Assembly: GCA_019057795.1 (NCBI GenBank)
Contig: JAHLWS010000021.1
Coordinates: 1 to 64,000, forward strand
Origin: Promethearchaeota archaeon
GTDB taxonomy: Archaea; Asgardarchaeota; Lokiarchaeia; Sigyniarchaeales; SOKP01
Reading direction: 5' to 3'
Length of the DNA: 64,000 nucleotides
Under the pieces are notes generated by a model. It was not told where the DNA came from. It saw nothing but the letters and a program-made list of their open reading frames with translations, and made no database searches. Made by a program: the position numbers and the translations under genes. Each line of letters opens with the position of its first letter. Positions within the stretch are counted from its first letter, which is position 1. Positions 31,114-40,124 of the stretch are shown here, piece by piece.

Positions 31114-31335
31114 ATGAAAAAAATGGCTAAAAAAGTATTTGCCTGGTCACCAGTTCGAAAGTTAATGAAAGATAACGGCGCTGAAATGGTTGCTCGTGAA
31201 GCAGTAGACGCTCTAATTGATTATTTAGAGAAAGTTGCTAGAGGAGTAACAAATAAAGCATTAGAAATGACTCGACACGCCCAGAGGAAGAAGCTGACTG
31301 TTAACGACATGACTCTGGCAATGGAATTATTGTAG
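31114..31335 (+). CDS. Archaeal histone (HMf-like fold)
   Basis: PVRKLMKDNGAEMVAREAV...HAQRKKLTVND. SD GGAGGA favours a start at ATG 31123. Confidence 0.9.
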   Translation: MKKMAKKVFAWSPVRKLMKDNGAEMVAREAVDALIDYLEKVARGVTNKALEMTRHAQRKKLTVNDMTLAMELL

Positions 31336-31474
31336 ATTTCAATTATACTGTAAAAAATTATATAATTTTCTATTTTTTTATTTTTTTATTTTAAATGTTA
31401 AAATATTAATTTTTACTTTCATTCCTATTTTTAATCAAATTCAATGAGATATGAATTTTATTTGATGTTAAAAC

Positions 31475-32071
31475 ATGCCTGAAGAAAAAAAAGATAAAGA
31501 AGATAAGGAAGAAGAAGATGACGTATTTCCTTTCATAGAAGGAGAGACCATCGATTTGGTTGCTGGAAATTCTAAATGGGCTAATTTAGTTTGTAAATGG
31601 ATGAACGATCCAAAAGTTCGTCATTACTCTCGAAATATGTGGCCACTTACTCTTGAAGAAGTAAAAAAATGGTTCGAACCCCAACCAGACAGACAAATGA
31701 GGGAATTCATTGTCTTTACAATCTATCATAAGCACGCAAAACGACCAATCGGTAGTATAGGATTTAATCACATTAATTGGGTCAGTAGAAATGCTAATAT
31801 CTTTGCATCAATCGGAGAACCTGAATATTGGGGGAAGGGTATAGTTGTTGAAGCTGCTAGGTTAATGATCAATTACGGTTTTACTGAATTGAATTTACAT
31901 AAAATTTTTGCTGGAGTTTTTACACCAAATACAAGGTCTCTTCGCGCAGCTGAAAAATTAGGATTTAAAGAAGAAGGAGTTTTAAAAGAAGAAATGTACG
32001 TTGACGGGCAATATCACGATATCCACAAATTCGCATTGTTTAAAAGAGATTGGAAAAAAAACAATGAGTAA
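31475..32071 (+). CDS. GNAT N-acetyltransferase (RimJ/RimL family)
   Basis: YWGKGI, ELNLHKI and AEKLGFKEEG. Confidence 0.9.
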   Translation: MPEEKKDKEDKEEEDDVFPFIEGETIDLVAGNSKWANLVCKWMNDPKVRHYSRNMWPLTLEEVKKWFEPQPDRQMREFIVFTIYHKHAKRPIGSIGFNHINWVSRNANIFASIGEPEYWGKGIVVEAARLMINYGFTELNLHKIFAGVFTPNTRSLRAAEKLGFKEEGVLKEEMYVDGQYHDIHKFALFKRDWKKNNE

Positions 32072-32107
32072 CAATTATCAAATTAGTTATACTGGAAGAA
32101 AAACAAT

Positions 32108-32668
32108 ATGACAGATGACATAATACCAATATTTATCGAAGGAGAAACTATAGATTTCGTCCCATTAAATATTGAAAACGTTAAATTGTATGGAAAATGG
32201 GAAAATAACCCAAAAGTGCGGATATACTCTCGGAACATTATACCTCGTACCGAAGAAGAAATGAAGAAATACCTAGAGCCTTCGGATAAAAGACCTAAAA
32301 ATGAAGTAAGTTTCGAAATTTGGCATAAAAAAGATAAAAAGACAATTGGTTTAGGAGAATTGTCAGATATCAACTGGTACAACCAACAAGCGTATTTAGG
32401 GTTGCTTATTGGAGAGCCCGATTATTGGGGGCAAAAAATTGGAGAAGAAGCTACAAGGTTATTAGTTGAATATGCATTTAACGAACTAAACATTTTTAAA
32501 CTTAAAGCTTCTATACTTGTTGTTAATAAAGGGTCGTGGCGTTGCGCAGAGAAAAACGGTTTTACTCGCGTAGCTACACTTAAGAAAGATATGTATGTTA
32601 ACGGAGAATATTTGGATAATTACGTGTATTCCCTCCTAAAAGAAGATTGGTTAAAACTAAGAAAATAA
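32108..32668 (+). CDS. GNAT N-acetyltransferase (RimJ/RimL family), tandem paralog
   Basis: FIEGETID shared with the upstream gene, plus YWGQKIG and AEKNGF. Confidence 0.9.
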   Translation: MTDDIIPIFIEGETIDFVPLNIENVKLYGKWENNPKVRIYSRNIIPRTEEEMKKYLEPSDKRPKNEVSFEIWHKKDKKTIGLGELSDINWYNQQAYLGLLIGEPDYWGQKIGEEATRLLVEYAFNELNIFKLKASILVVNKGSWRCAEKNGFTRVATLKKDMYVNGEYLDNYVYSLLKEDWLKLRK

Positions 32669-32696
32669 AAAGTATTTCACTAGGGTGTAGCACAAA

Positions 32697-33134
32697 TTAA
32701 AACTTAACTCCAAATACCTTCTCGCTCCATATGGATTTAAGATAAGTTATACAAATTCCGAAATAATCCACTAATTCTAATGTTTCATAGTTACCTTCCA
32801 GAGATAAAAGAACCCCCCCCTCAGGATCAAGAAGTTCACCTTTCTCTTTTGAAATTTCGCACATGGGTCCATCATCATTACCTATTTTAGAATCTAAAAT
32901 GAATCCTATTTGGAAATTGTTATAGTTTAAGATATCATTATGCTTATCAAGTTTCATTAGAGGAAATCCGTTTTTATTTTTAACCATGTTTCCTTCTAAG
33001 GATCCCATTTTTCTCTGTTTTTTATCAAAATAGATTTTTCCATCTATGTATCCTATCTTTTTATGTTTATTATTATACACTTCTAACATATTAACATCTT
33101 TCGTGTTTTTAATTGATATAATTTTAGAAAGCAT
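32697..33134 (-). CDS. Hypothetical protein with short beta-hairpin repeats
   Basis: Repeated (N/D)xxxxxIG-type units. No family recognised. Confidence 0.55.
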   Translation of the reverse strand: MLSKIISIKNTKDVNMLEVYNNKHKKIGYIDGKIYFDKKQRKMGSLEGNMVKNKNGFPLMKLDKHNDILNYNNFQIGFILDSKIGNDDGPMCEISKEKGELLDPEGGVLLSLEGNYETLELVDYFGICITYLKSIWSEKVFGVKF

Positions 33135-33270
33135 CTAAATTTTTCTAAAAAAGGAGCGTTCTAATTACATATTCATTTAATAATTTAATATAACGAGTAA
33201 TCAGACTCTTAACTTAAAAAATAAAAAAAAAGAATTTTGTGATTATTTTTCAGTATTACATCTATTCCTA

Positions 33271-33564
33271 CTAATCTTCGACGCGAGTAAAATACCATTT
33301 ATACAATAAAGCTTGGTTTCCAGCGAATATTCCGACTCTATCGCCATCGTTTACCTTTTTATTAAATCCAGAGTACACTCCATTTACAAAGATGTGGCTG
33401 GTTTCACTTTCTTTAATCGAAAATTTCTTTAAAATGTCAGAAACTCGCTCTATTCCTTCAGTGCTTATTTCTGCGTTAGTTGGGCTCTTTGGAGATTTTT
33501 GTTTTGATATTTTCTTTGCTAAATCACCGAATAGTTTGACTAAAATTGTCATCTTTTTAGGCAC
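33271..33564 (-). CDS. MoaD/ThiS-like beta-grasp protein lacking C-terminal Gly-Gly
   Basis: VKLFGDL...IFVNG...VNDGDRVGIF. Abuts the AOR stop codon. Confidence 0.75.
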   Translation of the reverse strand: MPKKMTILVKLFGDLAKKISKQKSPKSPTNAEISTEGIERVSDILKKFSIKESETSHIFVNGVYSGFNKKVNDGDRVGIFAGNQALLYKWYFTRVED

Positions 33565-35310
33565 TTAAGATTCAAAGACGCTATCTATCTCATCGTCTGT
33601 TACATCGAACACTTCATTGTGTGGTGGCAGTGGTTCTTTTAGAAAGAATTCAGGCAATCTATCGTCTGCGCTAGTAAATCCTGCTGCCTTATTGAACTTT
33701 AGTTCTGTATCAATAATTGACTTTCCTAGTCCCGCGATGTCGTTAACAGTTAGATTAACTCCTAATACTCCATTTACGGATTCTACCATTCCTTCTAAAC
33801 CTTCGGGGATATCTAATACGGCAAAAGCGGTAAATAGACAATAACCCGCAGCATCAATTACCGCTGTTGCGAACTGTAAATTCCGCGACAATTCTGCTTT
33901 TTTAGGGTCTCTAGGATCTGCGGTACCACCCACTCCCATAATTTCGGTTGCTATTGCGTACCCAGCCGTGTGGTCTGCTCCCATTGGAGTTGTTGCGTAT
34001 GTTACACCAATACCTTTAATTGCTCTAGGATCGTAAGCCGGTAGCGCTTGGTTCTTTACTACTGGGACTCTTGTTACGCCCATAGCTTTTCCAGTAAATC
34101 CCGTACCATTTGCTAATATCCTTCCAGTTGGAGTCTTCTTTCTAACTTCTTCCATGAGCTTTAACGCTCCCTTTGCGTCTCCAAATTCGACTAATCCACC
34201 TTCCATCGCTACGGCAATTGCGTTTCCCATTTCAATCGTGTCAAGTCCTAAGTCGTTACAAGCACGATTTAGTTCACCAACATCATCTAAGTTGTAAATG
34301 CTACAATTCGCTCCTAAGGCCCAGACAGATTCATATTCTAAAACCCCAACCGGATCTTTACCGCCCGGTTTTGTCCACACTTCAGAGCATTGAATAACGC
34401 AACCTGGGCTACAGAAATGAGGACGAACGCCGCCTCTCTTTTTGATTTCTTCCGCCTTTTTCTCACCTGAAATGTTTTCAACTCTATCATCTTGACCAGA
34501 TGAGAAGTTTCTCTGGGGTAACCCTCCTGATTCGTTAATAATATTAACTAAAACACCCGTACCATAAGTGTTTAGCGCACCTCCAGGTTTTGTCACGTCG
34601 TGAGATGTAAGTGCGTCCCTTAACTTTTTCGCCCCTTGTTTGAAAACTTCTAGGTTTTTAATTTCAACGCCTGGTGCTCCAGCATCGTCAACAACTATAA
34701 ATTTCAATCCTTTTGACGCCATAACGGCTCCAAGTCCACCCCGTCCTGCGTACCTACTAGGTAATCCTTCGGGGTCGTTAAAACAGACCCCAGAAGCTGT
34801 CCCTAACATTTCTGCAGCGATTCCACAACTACTAATGCTTACCTTATCTCCGAATTCCTTATAAAGGTCTTTGTAGACTTGATATAGTCCTTTTCCAGAC
34901 CACTTATTTGCATTTGTAAATTCAATGCCATCGTTAGTTATTTTTAGAAGGTAATAGTCCTTTCCTTCGTGCTTCCCTTCCACGATTATTGCAGCGATTT
35001 GTAATCGAGCTAACATTTGAGCGAACGTAGTACCTGCGTTTGCTTCCTTAATTCCTCCCGTTAAGGGGGATTTTGCCCCTACTGATAGTCTTCCTGATGT
35101 AGGCGCTGAAGTTCCTGTAACAATACCGGGTGCAAATACAAGTTTATTATTTGGACCCAAAGGATGGCAAAGAGGGGGTACTTCGTTTAATACAATCGTC
35201 GAAGTAAGCGAACGACCTCCAAGAGCCATGTAATCTTGAGGAAAATCCTCAAATTTGGCTTCAAGTTTGTTCATATTTACTCTTAATATTCTTTTTGGCA
35301 TAAATTTCAC
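33565..35310 (-). CDS. aor: Aldehyde:ferredoxin oxidoreductase (tungstopterin AOR family)
   Basis: KSPLTGGIKEANAG, GRGGLGAVMASKGLK, CSPGCVIQC, EYES and DLGLDTI. Confidence 0.92.
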   Translation of the reverse strand: MKFMPKRILRVNMNKLEAKFEDFPQDYMALGGRSLTSTIVLNEVPPLCHPLGPNNKLVFAPGIVTGTSAPTSGRLSVGAKSPLTGGIKEANAGTTFAQMLARLQIAAIIVEGKHEGKDYYLLKITNDGIEFTNANKWSGKGLYQVYKDLYKEFGDKVSISSCGIAAEMLGTASGVCFNDPEGLPSRYAGRGGLGAVMASKGLKFIVVDDAGAPGVEIKNLEVFKQGAKKLRDALTSHDVTKPGGALNTYGTGVLVNIINESGGLPQRNFSSGQDDRVENISGEKKAEEIKKRGGVRPHFCSPGCVIQCSEVWTKPGGKDPVGVLEYESVWALGANCSIYNLDDVGELNRACNDLGLDTIEMGNAIAVAMEGGLVEFGDAKGALKLMEEVRKKTPTGRILANGTGFTGKAMGVTRVPVVKNQALPAYDPRAIKGIGVTYATTPMGADHTAGYAIATEIMGVGGTADPRDPKKAELSRNLQFATAVIDAAGYCLFTAFAVLDIPEGLEGMVESVNGVLGVNLTVNDIAGLGKSIIDTELKFNKAAGFTSADDRLPEFFLKEPLPPHNEVFDVTDDEIDSVFES

Positions 35311-35426
35311 CTTAATTTTTAGGCATTTTATAATTGTGAATAATGTTTATATAAATTTACGTTATGTTTTTTCAGACCGAACGAAAGTTATTAGGATTAG
35401 TAATAAAAATCCAAATCATAAAAAAA

Positions 35427-35549
35427 CAGGCCCGAGGGGATATGTTCAAAAAACGCGAAGTGCGTATTATATTGAACCCCCGACCTTCTGCTTTCTCCAT
35501 ACACATTATGTAGGAGGCAGCCGCGATATCCATGCTTCGCCACGAGCCT
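35427..35549 (-). tRNA. tRNA-Arg(CCU) with two introns (35493-35510 at 37/38; 35442-35471 at 58/59)
   Basis: Acceptor AGGCTCG/CGGGCCT + G73, D-stem GCGA/TCGC, anticodon loop CT-CCT-AA, T-arm GGGGG-TTCAAAT-CCCCT after splicing. Both introns have bulge-helix-bulge junctions. Mature length is 75 nt and CCA is not encoded. Confidence 0.92.
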
Positions 35550-35644
35550 TTATGTATAAAAGATTCTAGGAATATATTCCATATATGTTTTTTGATTCTT
35601 AATAAATCATATTTTAAAAATCCATCTAAGACCATGTTATTATT

Positions 35645-36601
35645 TTGGTTTTTATTTTTCTTAAAATTGTGACCATAAAGAATAAGAATCCAAGAAGAAA
35701 TAAACTTTACAATGATGGAGAAAGAAAGGAATGTGGAGAATGTCATGAGATCAAATCTCATGAATATTTTCGAAAAAGAAAAGGGCGTTTAAGGTCCATT
35801 TGTGAAGATTGCAGACAAAAAATGTATGCAATTAATAACTTTAAGAAACAAATTAAAATAATTACCTTACTATTTGATAAAAGATGTCACAATTGCCATA
35901 GTGGTCTTCAAATTTTACCTGCGATGGAATTTCATCACTTGAATCCGTACTCCAAAAAGTATTCATGGAGAGACTTAAGAGGAAGAAATGTAGATGAGAT
36001 AATTAGAATTATTAAAAACGAGAATCTTCAAGTTTTATGTAGAAACTGTCATAGTTGTGCAGAAATAACTAATTATGACAAATTTAAGGAGATTATCCTA
36101 TCAGAGAAATTATCAATTAATAATGTTGGAGAAATTGATGCCATAGTTTATGAAGAGATCAAAAGTAATATTAAATATCGATCTGAAAGTCTTAAAGGAG
36201 CTCAACATAGAGCAAGAATTAAATATAGAATTAAGAAATGGATCAAAAAGAGGATAATTATTGAAATCTTATATAATGGTGCTTGCATTGGTTGTCGAAA
36301 CATAAGAATTAATGACAAATTACCTGCTTTAGATTTTCATCATCGAAACCCAAAGATAAAAGAATTTAAATGGGAAAAGCTATCTAAACTTCCTATAAAT
36401 AATATAATTACCATTTTAAAGAATGAAGATTGTATTTGTTTGTGCAAAAATTGCCATTCCTTAATCCATTCAATAAATTTTGAACAATTTATTGATGAAA
36501 TCTTTGAAAAGGAGAATGCATTAGTGATAGAATTAGTGGAAGAAAGCTATTTGCAACTAAAAGAAAACATTAATAACTTCTCCTTTAAAGAAAAACTATA
36601 A
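35645..36601 (+). CDS. Protein with N-terminal Zn finger and two HNH-type nuclease domains
   Basis: CGEC...CEDC; CHNC..EFHHLNP..NLQVLCRNCH; CIGC..DFHHRNP..CLCKNCH. Start is uncertain (GTG 35669 possible). Confidence 0.75.
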   Translation: MVFIFLKIVTIKNKNPRRNKLYNDGERKECGECHEIKSHEYFRKRKGRLRSICEDCRQKMYAINNFKKQIKIITLLFDKRCHNCHSGLQILPAMEFHHLNPYSKKYSWRDLRGRNVDEIIRIIKNENLQVLCRNCHSCAEITNYDKFKEIILSEKLSINNVGEIDAIVYEEIKSNIKYRSESLKGAQHRARIKYRIKKWIKKRIIIEILYNGACIGCRNIRINDKLPALDFHHRNPKIKEFKWEKLSKLPINNIITILKNEDCICLCKNCHSLIHSINFEQFIDEIFEKENALVIELVEESYLQLKENINNFSFKEKL

Positions 36602-36742
36602 ATAAAAAATTAGAGATAATAGTGGGATATTTATATCCAAATTACGATGGAATAAATAAATCAAAAGGTTTTAATTCTGAACTTTAATTTAAATTATTAT
36701 TAGTATAGATTTTTTTGAAATATTATTTTTAGTGTATATAAA

Positions 36743-37027
36743 ATGGAAAGAAGAAATTACCCACAACATAGGCCACAAAGACCTATTGATTATTTAAAGA
36801 ATTCTGTGAATAAGATCATATTAATTAAAGTTAAGAGGAATCGTTTATTTCGAGGTAAATTGGCCGGATTTGACGAGCATCTTAACCTGTATCTAGAAGG
36901 AACAACTCAGCTTTTTGAATACATAGATGAGGATGGTTCTGTTCACGAGGAGCACGAAACGCTTGGAGACATCGTTGTACGCGGTGATAATGTAATATTC
37001 GTCAATCTCGCCAACCCAGACGGTTAA
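36743..37027 (+). CDS. Sm-like archaeal protein (LSm/SmAP)
   Basis: Sm1 RGKLAGFDEHLNLYL and Sm2 IVVRGDNV. Confidence 0.92.
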   Translation: MERRNYPQHRPQRPIDYLKNSVNKIILIKVKRNRLFRGKLAGFDEHLNLYLEGTTQLFEYIDEDGSVHEEHETLGDIVVRGDNVIFVNLANPDG

Positions 37028-37188
37028 AAACTCTCTGAAATAAATCTTCTCGTTCTTGGAAATCCTTACATGATATTAAATCTCATTTAGATCACTCAAA
37101 ACTTATTAGATCGCAATTCTTTAAAATAGATAGGAATTGAAATTTGATTTTTAAATTAAAAAGCAATTTTACGAGAGATCTTTAAATA

Positions 37189-37533
37189 TTGATTGAAGCT
37201 GAGAGTATTAAACCCGAAAAGACATTATTGATAAGCCCAAATTTGGGACACCCTCTATTTTTAGATATAGATCGTAACTTCAAGCAAAAAGAATTTGAAG
37301 TTAACTTATTATTTGTGAGCAATATAAAAGATATCGAAAATTTCGAGAGGCTCATTAAGCATGGGTTAGATTTTATCCCCATTCTTGAATATAAGTGGAA
37401 ATTGAAAGCACATTTCGAAAAAGAGAAAGAAGAACGATTGGAAAGAAAAAAGAAAAGAAGTATCTGGGATAAAATTAAAAGCATTTTTACTCGGAAAAAA
37501 AAAAGAAGGAAGAAGAATTACCACCCGTTTTAG
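37189..37533 (+). CDS. N-terminal part of a metallophosphoesterase gene, split at an A10 tract
   Basis: The -1 frame after A10 (37495-37504) reads KKEEELPPVLEITDSTGK straight into the 37557 ORF. Confidence 0.6.
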   Translation: MIEAESIKPEKTLLISPNLGHPLFLDIDRNFKQKEFEVNLLFVSNIKDIENFERLIKHGLDFIPILEYKWKLKAHFEKEKEERLERKKKRSIWDKIKSIFTRKKKRRKKNYHPF

Positions 37534-37556
37534 AGATTACAGATTCTACGGGAAAA

Positions 37557-39332
37557 ATGTTTGATATTGTGCAAGCCGAAAAAATCGAAACGTTAAGGCC
37601 GCGAGCATTTAGAGGGGATTTAATAAAAGGGACTCTTTTAAAGGTAGAACCCGTAAAAACCTGCGAGATTGATAACATTAAATTTGACAATTATTATAGT
37701 CCTCGAAATTACTTAATTAAATATAATATTTATTCGGGTTTAAATGAATTTTACAAGGCGACAATTCAGTTCAAGTTATCGAAAGAAGTATTGGAATTTT
37801 TAGAAAGTTTTAATTTTGTAATGTTTGATCTTTGGCAAGAAATGCCCAATAAGGAAATTCGCGTTTCTTATCATTCAATCGTCGTTTCAAAAAATAAATG
37901 GAGCGATTTTAAATTCTTTCACGCGACAGATTTACACTTGGCAGAACGTAACGATAGAATTTACGAAATCGTTAAGAAATGGAATGTTTTAGTGAGAAAA
38001 TCAGATTTTGGCGAACTTCTTGCCCAAGGCGCGAAGGCAGTTTCATTTTTTCAACGTTTACTAATAAAAAAACCAGAAGATAAAATTCCAATTAAAAGTA
38101 CTGAACCACTTCGTAAACGATTTGTAAACCCTAACAATAACTTTAGAACGTTTATTAAGCTCGTTAACAAGAAAGTAAATAAGAACGATTTAGATTTTGT
38201 CGTTTTAACAGGAGATTTAATAGATTTTGCTATTCTCTCCAAAATACCCAGAGAAAAAAGAAAAAATCTAGATTATAACTATAAGGATAGTAATTGGCGG
38301 ATATTTAAAGAGATTTTGTTAAATTTTCCTCAAGAGAAAAGAAGAGGGATGGTTTCTGGAGAAGAAATACTTTGTCCTATCTTTACTATTCCCGGTAACC
38401 ACGATTATCGACCGTTTCACTACGACCTTCGGTGGGGAAATTTATACCGAAAAATTGGTTTAAATAGTAACGAAGCAATCGCTTTGAACGAAGAGTTAAT
38501 GGCAAACCCAATTAGTTCAATAACTAAGAGCTTCAGCGCTTTGAAAGCATATTTGATAGAAATTAACTCTTCTTTAGATTATTGTATCAAGTTAGGAAAT
38601 AACAACTTTATTTTCTTAAATACTGGCTCAGATTCTTTTAAAAAATTAATGGATTTTCTCAGTGGTCATCCATCGGTTACTGGAATTTCAGAAAAACACA
38701 TTAAATATTTAGAAAATATAATTAATAGTAAAATAGAACCAGAAAACAACAATTACCTTATGCTTCATGGACCACCAATTAATCCAAAAAAAAGTATTAG
38801 CCCACTTAAACGGTATGCAATGTCAAAACAATCCGAAGAATTATTAACAAAAATTGATGAATTTAAAGAATCTTTAATCCAAAAGTTAGGTAAAAAACTT
38901 TCCTTAGCTCGAATTGATAACAAATTTGACGTGCAATATGGCGCAGTCTCAAAAAACTGGGAGAAACTTCTTAAATTTTGTTTAGATTTCTGTATTCTTA
39001 CGCTTTCAGGACATACGCACGAATTAAAAGAATTTAGATTGAGCGACCCACAAGATTTAAAGACTAAAGACGTCGATACACACACATCGCCTTTTAGTTT
39101 AGAAAAATTAGAAAATCCTGCGGAGATATACTATGATATCTATTCTGAACTATATAATAATCCCGAAGATATTGAAAATAATGGCCCCTTTGTCGTTCAA
39201 ACGCCTGCACTGGGCTTAGGGAGTTATAAAAACCCTAAATCTGCAAGCGCTTTTCGAGAGATCGTTATTAAAAAAGGGAGACTCGCTTCTTTTAAAGTTA
39301 AGTACTTAAAACATCAATTTAAACAATTATAA
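37557..39332 (+). CDS. Calcineurin-like metallophosphoesterase
   Basis: TDLH, TGDLID, PGNHD, LHGPP and SGHTH motifs. Confidence 0.85.
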   Translation: MFDIVQAEKIETLRPRAFRGDLIKGTLLKVEPVKTCEIDNIKFDNYYSPRNYLIKYNIYSGLNEFYKATIQFKLSKEVLEFLESFNFVMFDLWQEMPNKEIRVSYHSIVVSKNKWSDFKFFHATDLHLAERNDRIYEIVKKWNVLVRKSDFGELLAQGAKAVSFFQRLLIKKPEDKIPIKSTEPLRKRFVNPNNNFRTFIKLVNKKVNKNDLDFVVLTGDLIDFAILSKIPREKRKNLDYNYKDSNWRIFKEILLNFPQEKRRGMVSGEEILCPIFTIPGNHDYRPFHYDLRWGNLYRKIGLNSNEAIALNEELMANPISSITKSFSALKAYLIEINSSLDYCIKLGNNNFIFLNTGSDSFKKLMDFLSGHPSVTGISEKHIKYLENIINSKIEPENNNYLMLHGPPINPKKSISPLKRYAMSKQSEELLTKIDEFKESLIQKLGKKLSLARIDNKFDVQYGAVSKNWEKLLKFCLDFCILTLSGHTHELKEFRLSDPQDLKTKDVDTHTSPFSLEKLENPAEIYYDIYSELYNNPEDIENNGPFVVQTPALGLGSYKNPKSASAFREIVIKKGRLASFKVKYLKHQFKQL

Positions 39333-39352
39333 TTGAATTTAATAAAGAGATG

Positions 39353-40006
39353 TTAATCAATTAAGCTAGTTCCTAATTCAAATGCGCGTATATCTCTTGA
39401 AGAGTCTTCATGAAATTCTCTTAAAATCGTTAAAATTAGCTTTTCATAAAATATGTCTCGAAATTCTTTTACCCCCACTCCTAATGCTATTATAGTGCTG
39501 TAATTGGGGTTGTTAAAGTATTTAATTGAGAGCTCGTTGAAATCGAGCGAAAATACCTTTCTAGCCAATTGATCTAAAATGTCAACAATTTGAGCAATCG
39601 AAGGATATATGATTTTCTTTTTCGAATCTTTGATGCTTTGCTTTAAATCTATTTGATGAGTATTTAAAATCACCACAGTTTTTTCTGAAATGTATTTTAA
39701 ATTCTTTAAGGTTTCAAGGGGTTCAAGTCCTAAAAATAGATGTGCATCTCTTATAGGGATTTTCGAGGAATTAAGATCTTCTATAGTATAATTCTGGTCG
39801 AGGGAATATATCCTACTATCAATAAGATACCGAACAAATGCTATCTTCGATCGTTTCTTTTTTGATTCATAGTCTAAGGTGGACCCAACAGCCTTTTCAA
39901 TTAAAATACTTCTATCTCCGTACTCCTTTAAGATGTTACGTAAAAATGAAACTTCTCGTTTATCTACTCCGATTACCAGAATGTTATACATATCTCCAAT
40001 TAGCAA
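39353..40006 (-). CDS. Degenerate IorB / 2-oxoacid oxidoreductase gamma-like protein
   Basis: YNILVIGV, AHLFLGLEPLETLK, VILNT and the terminal N/DxxAFELG pattern. The GGQG and QRGG motifs are absent. Confidence 0.6.
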   Translation of the reverse strand: MLIGDMYNILVIGVDKREVSFLRNILKEYGDRSILIEKAVGSTLDYESKKKRSKIAFVRYLIDSRIYSLDQNYTIEDLNSSKIPIRDAHLFLGLEPLETLKNLKYISEKTVVILNTHQIDLKQSIKDSKKKIIYPSIAQIVDILDQLARKVFSLDFNELSIKYFNNPNYSTIIALGVGVKEFRDIFYEKLILTILREFHEDSSRDIRAFELGTSLID

Positions 40007-40124
40007 TCACTTTATTATTTAATAATTCTAATTCTAAAAAATTCTCATCATTAATTATTCTTATTTATTAACGAAAAATGCTCGGTATTGAAAAATGAAA
40101 GAAAATAGAATAAGATTTACAAGT

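Noticed and set aside
35255-35761. ORFs 35255-35569 (+) and 35372-35761 (-)
   Set aside because: They overlap the tRNA-Arg gene and the starts of neighbouring genes, and have no protein-like motifs.
35427-37027. Integrated element at tRNA-Arg
   Set aside because: No integrase, and no duplicated tRNA end (att site) was seen in the window.
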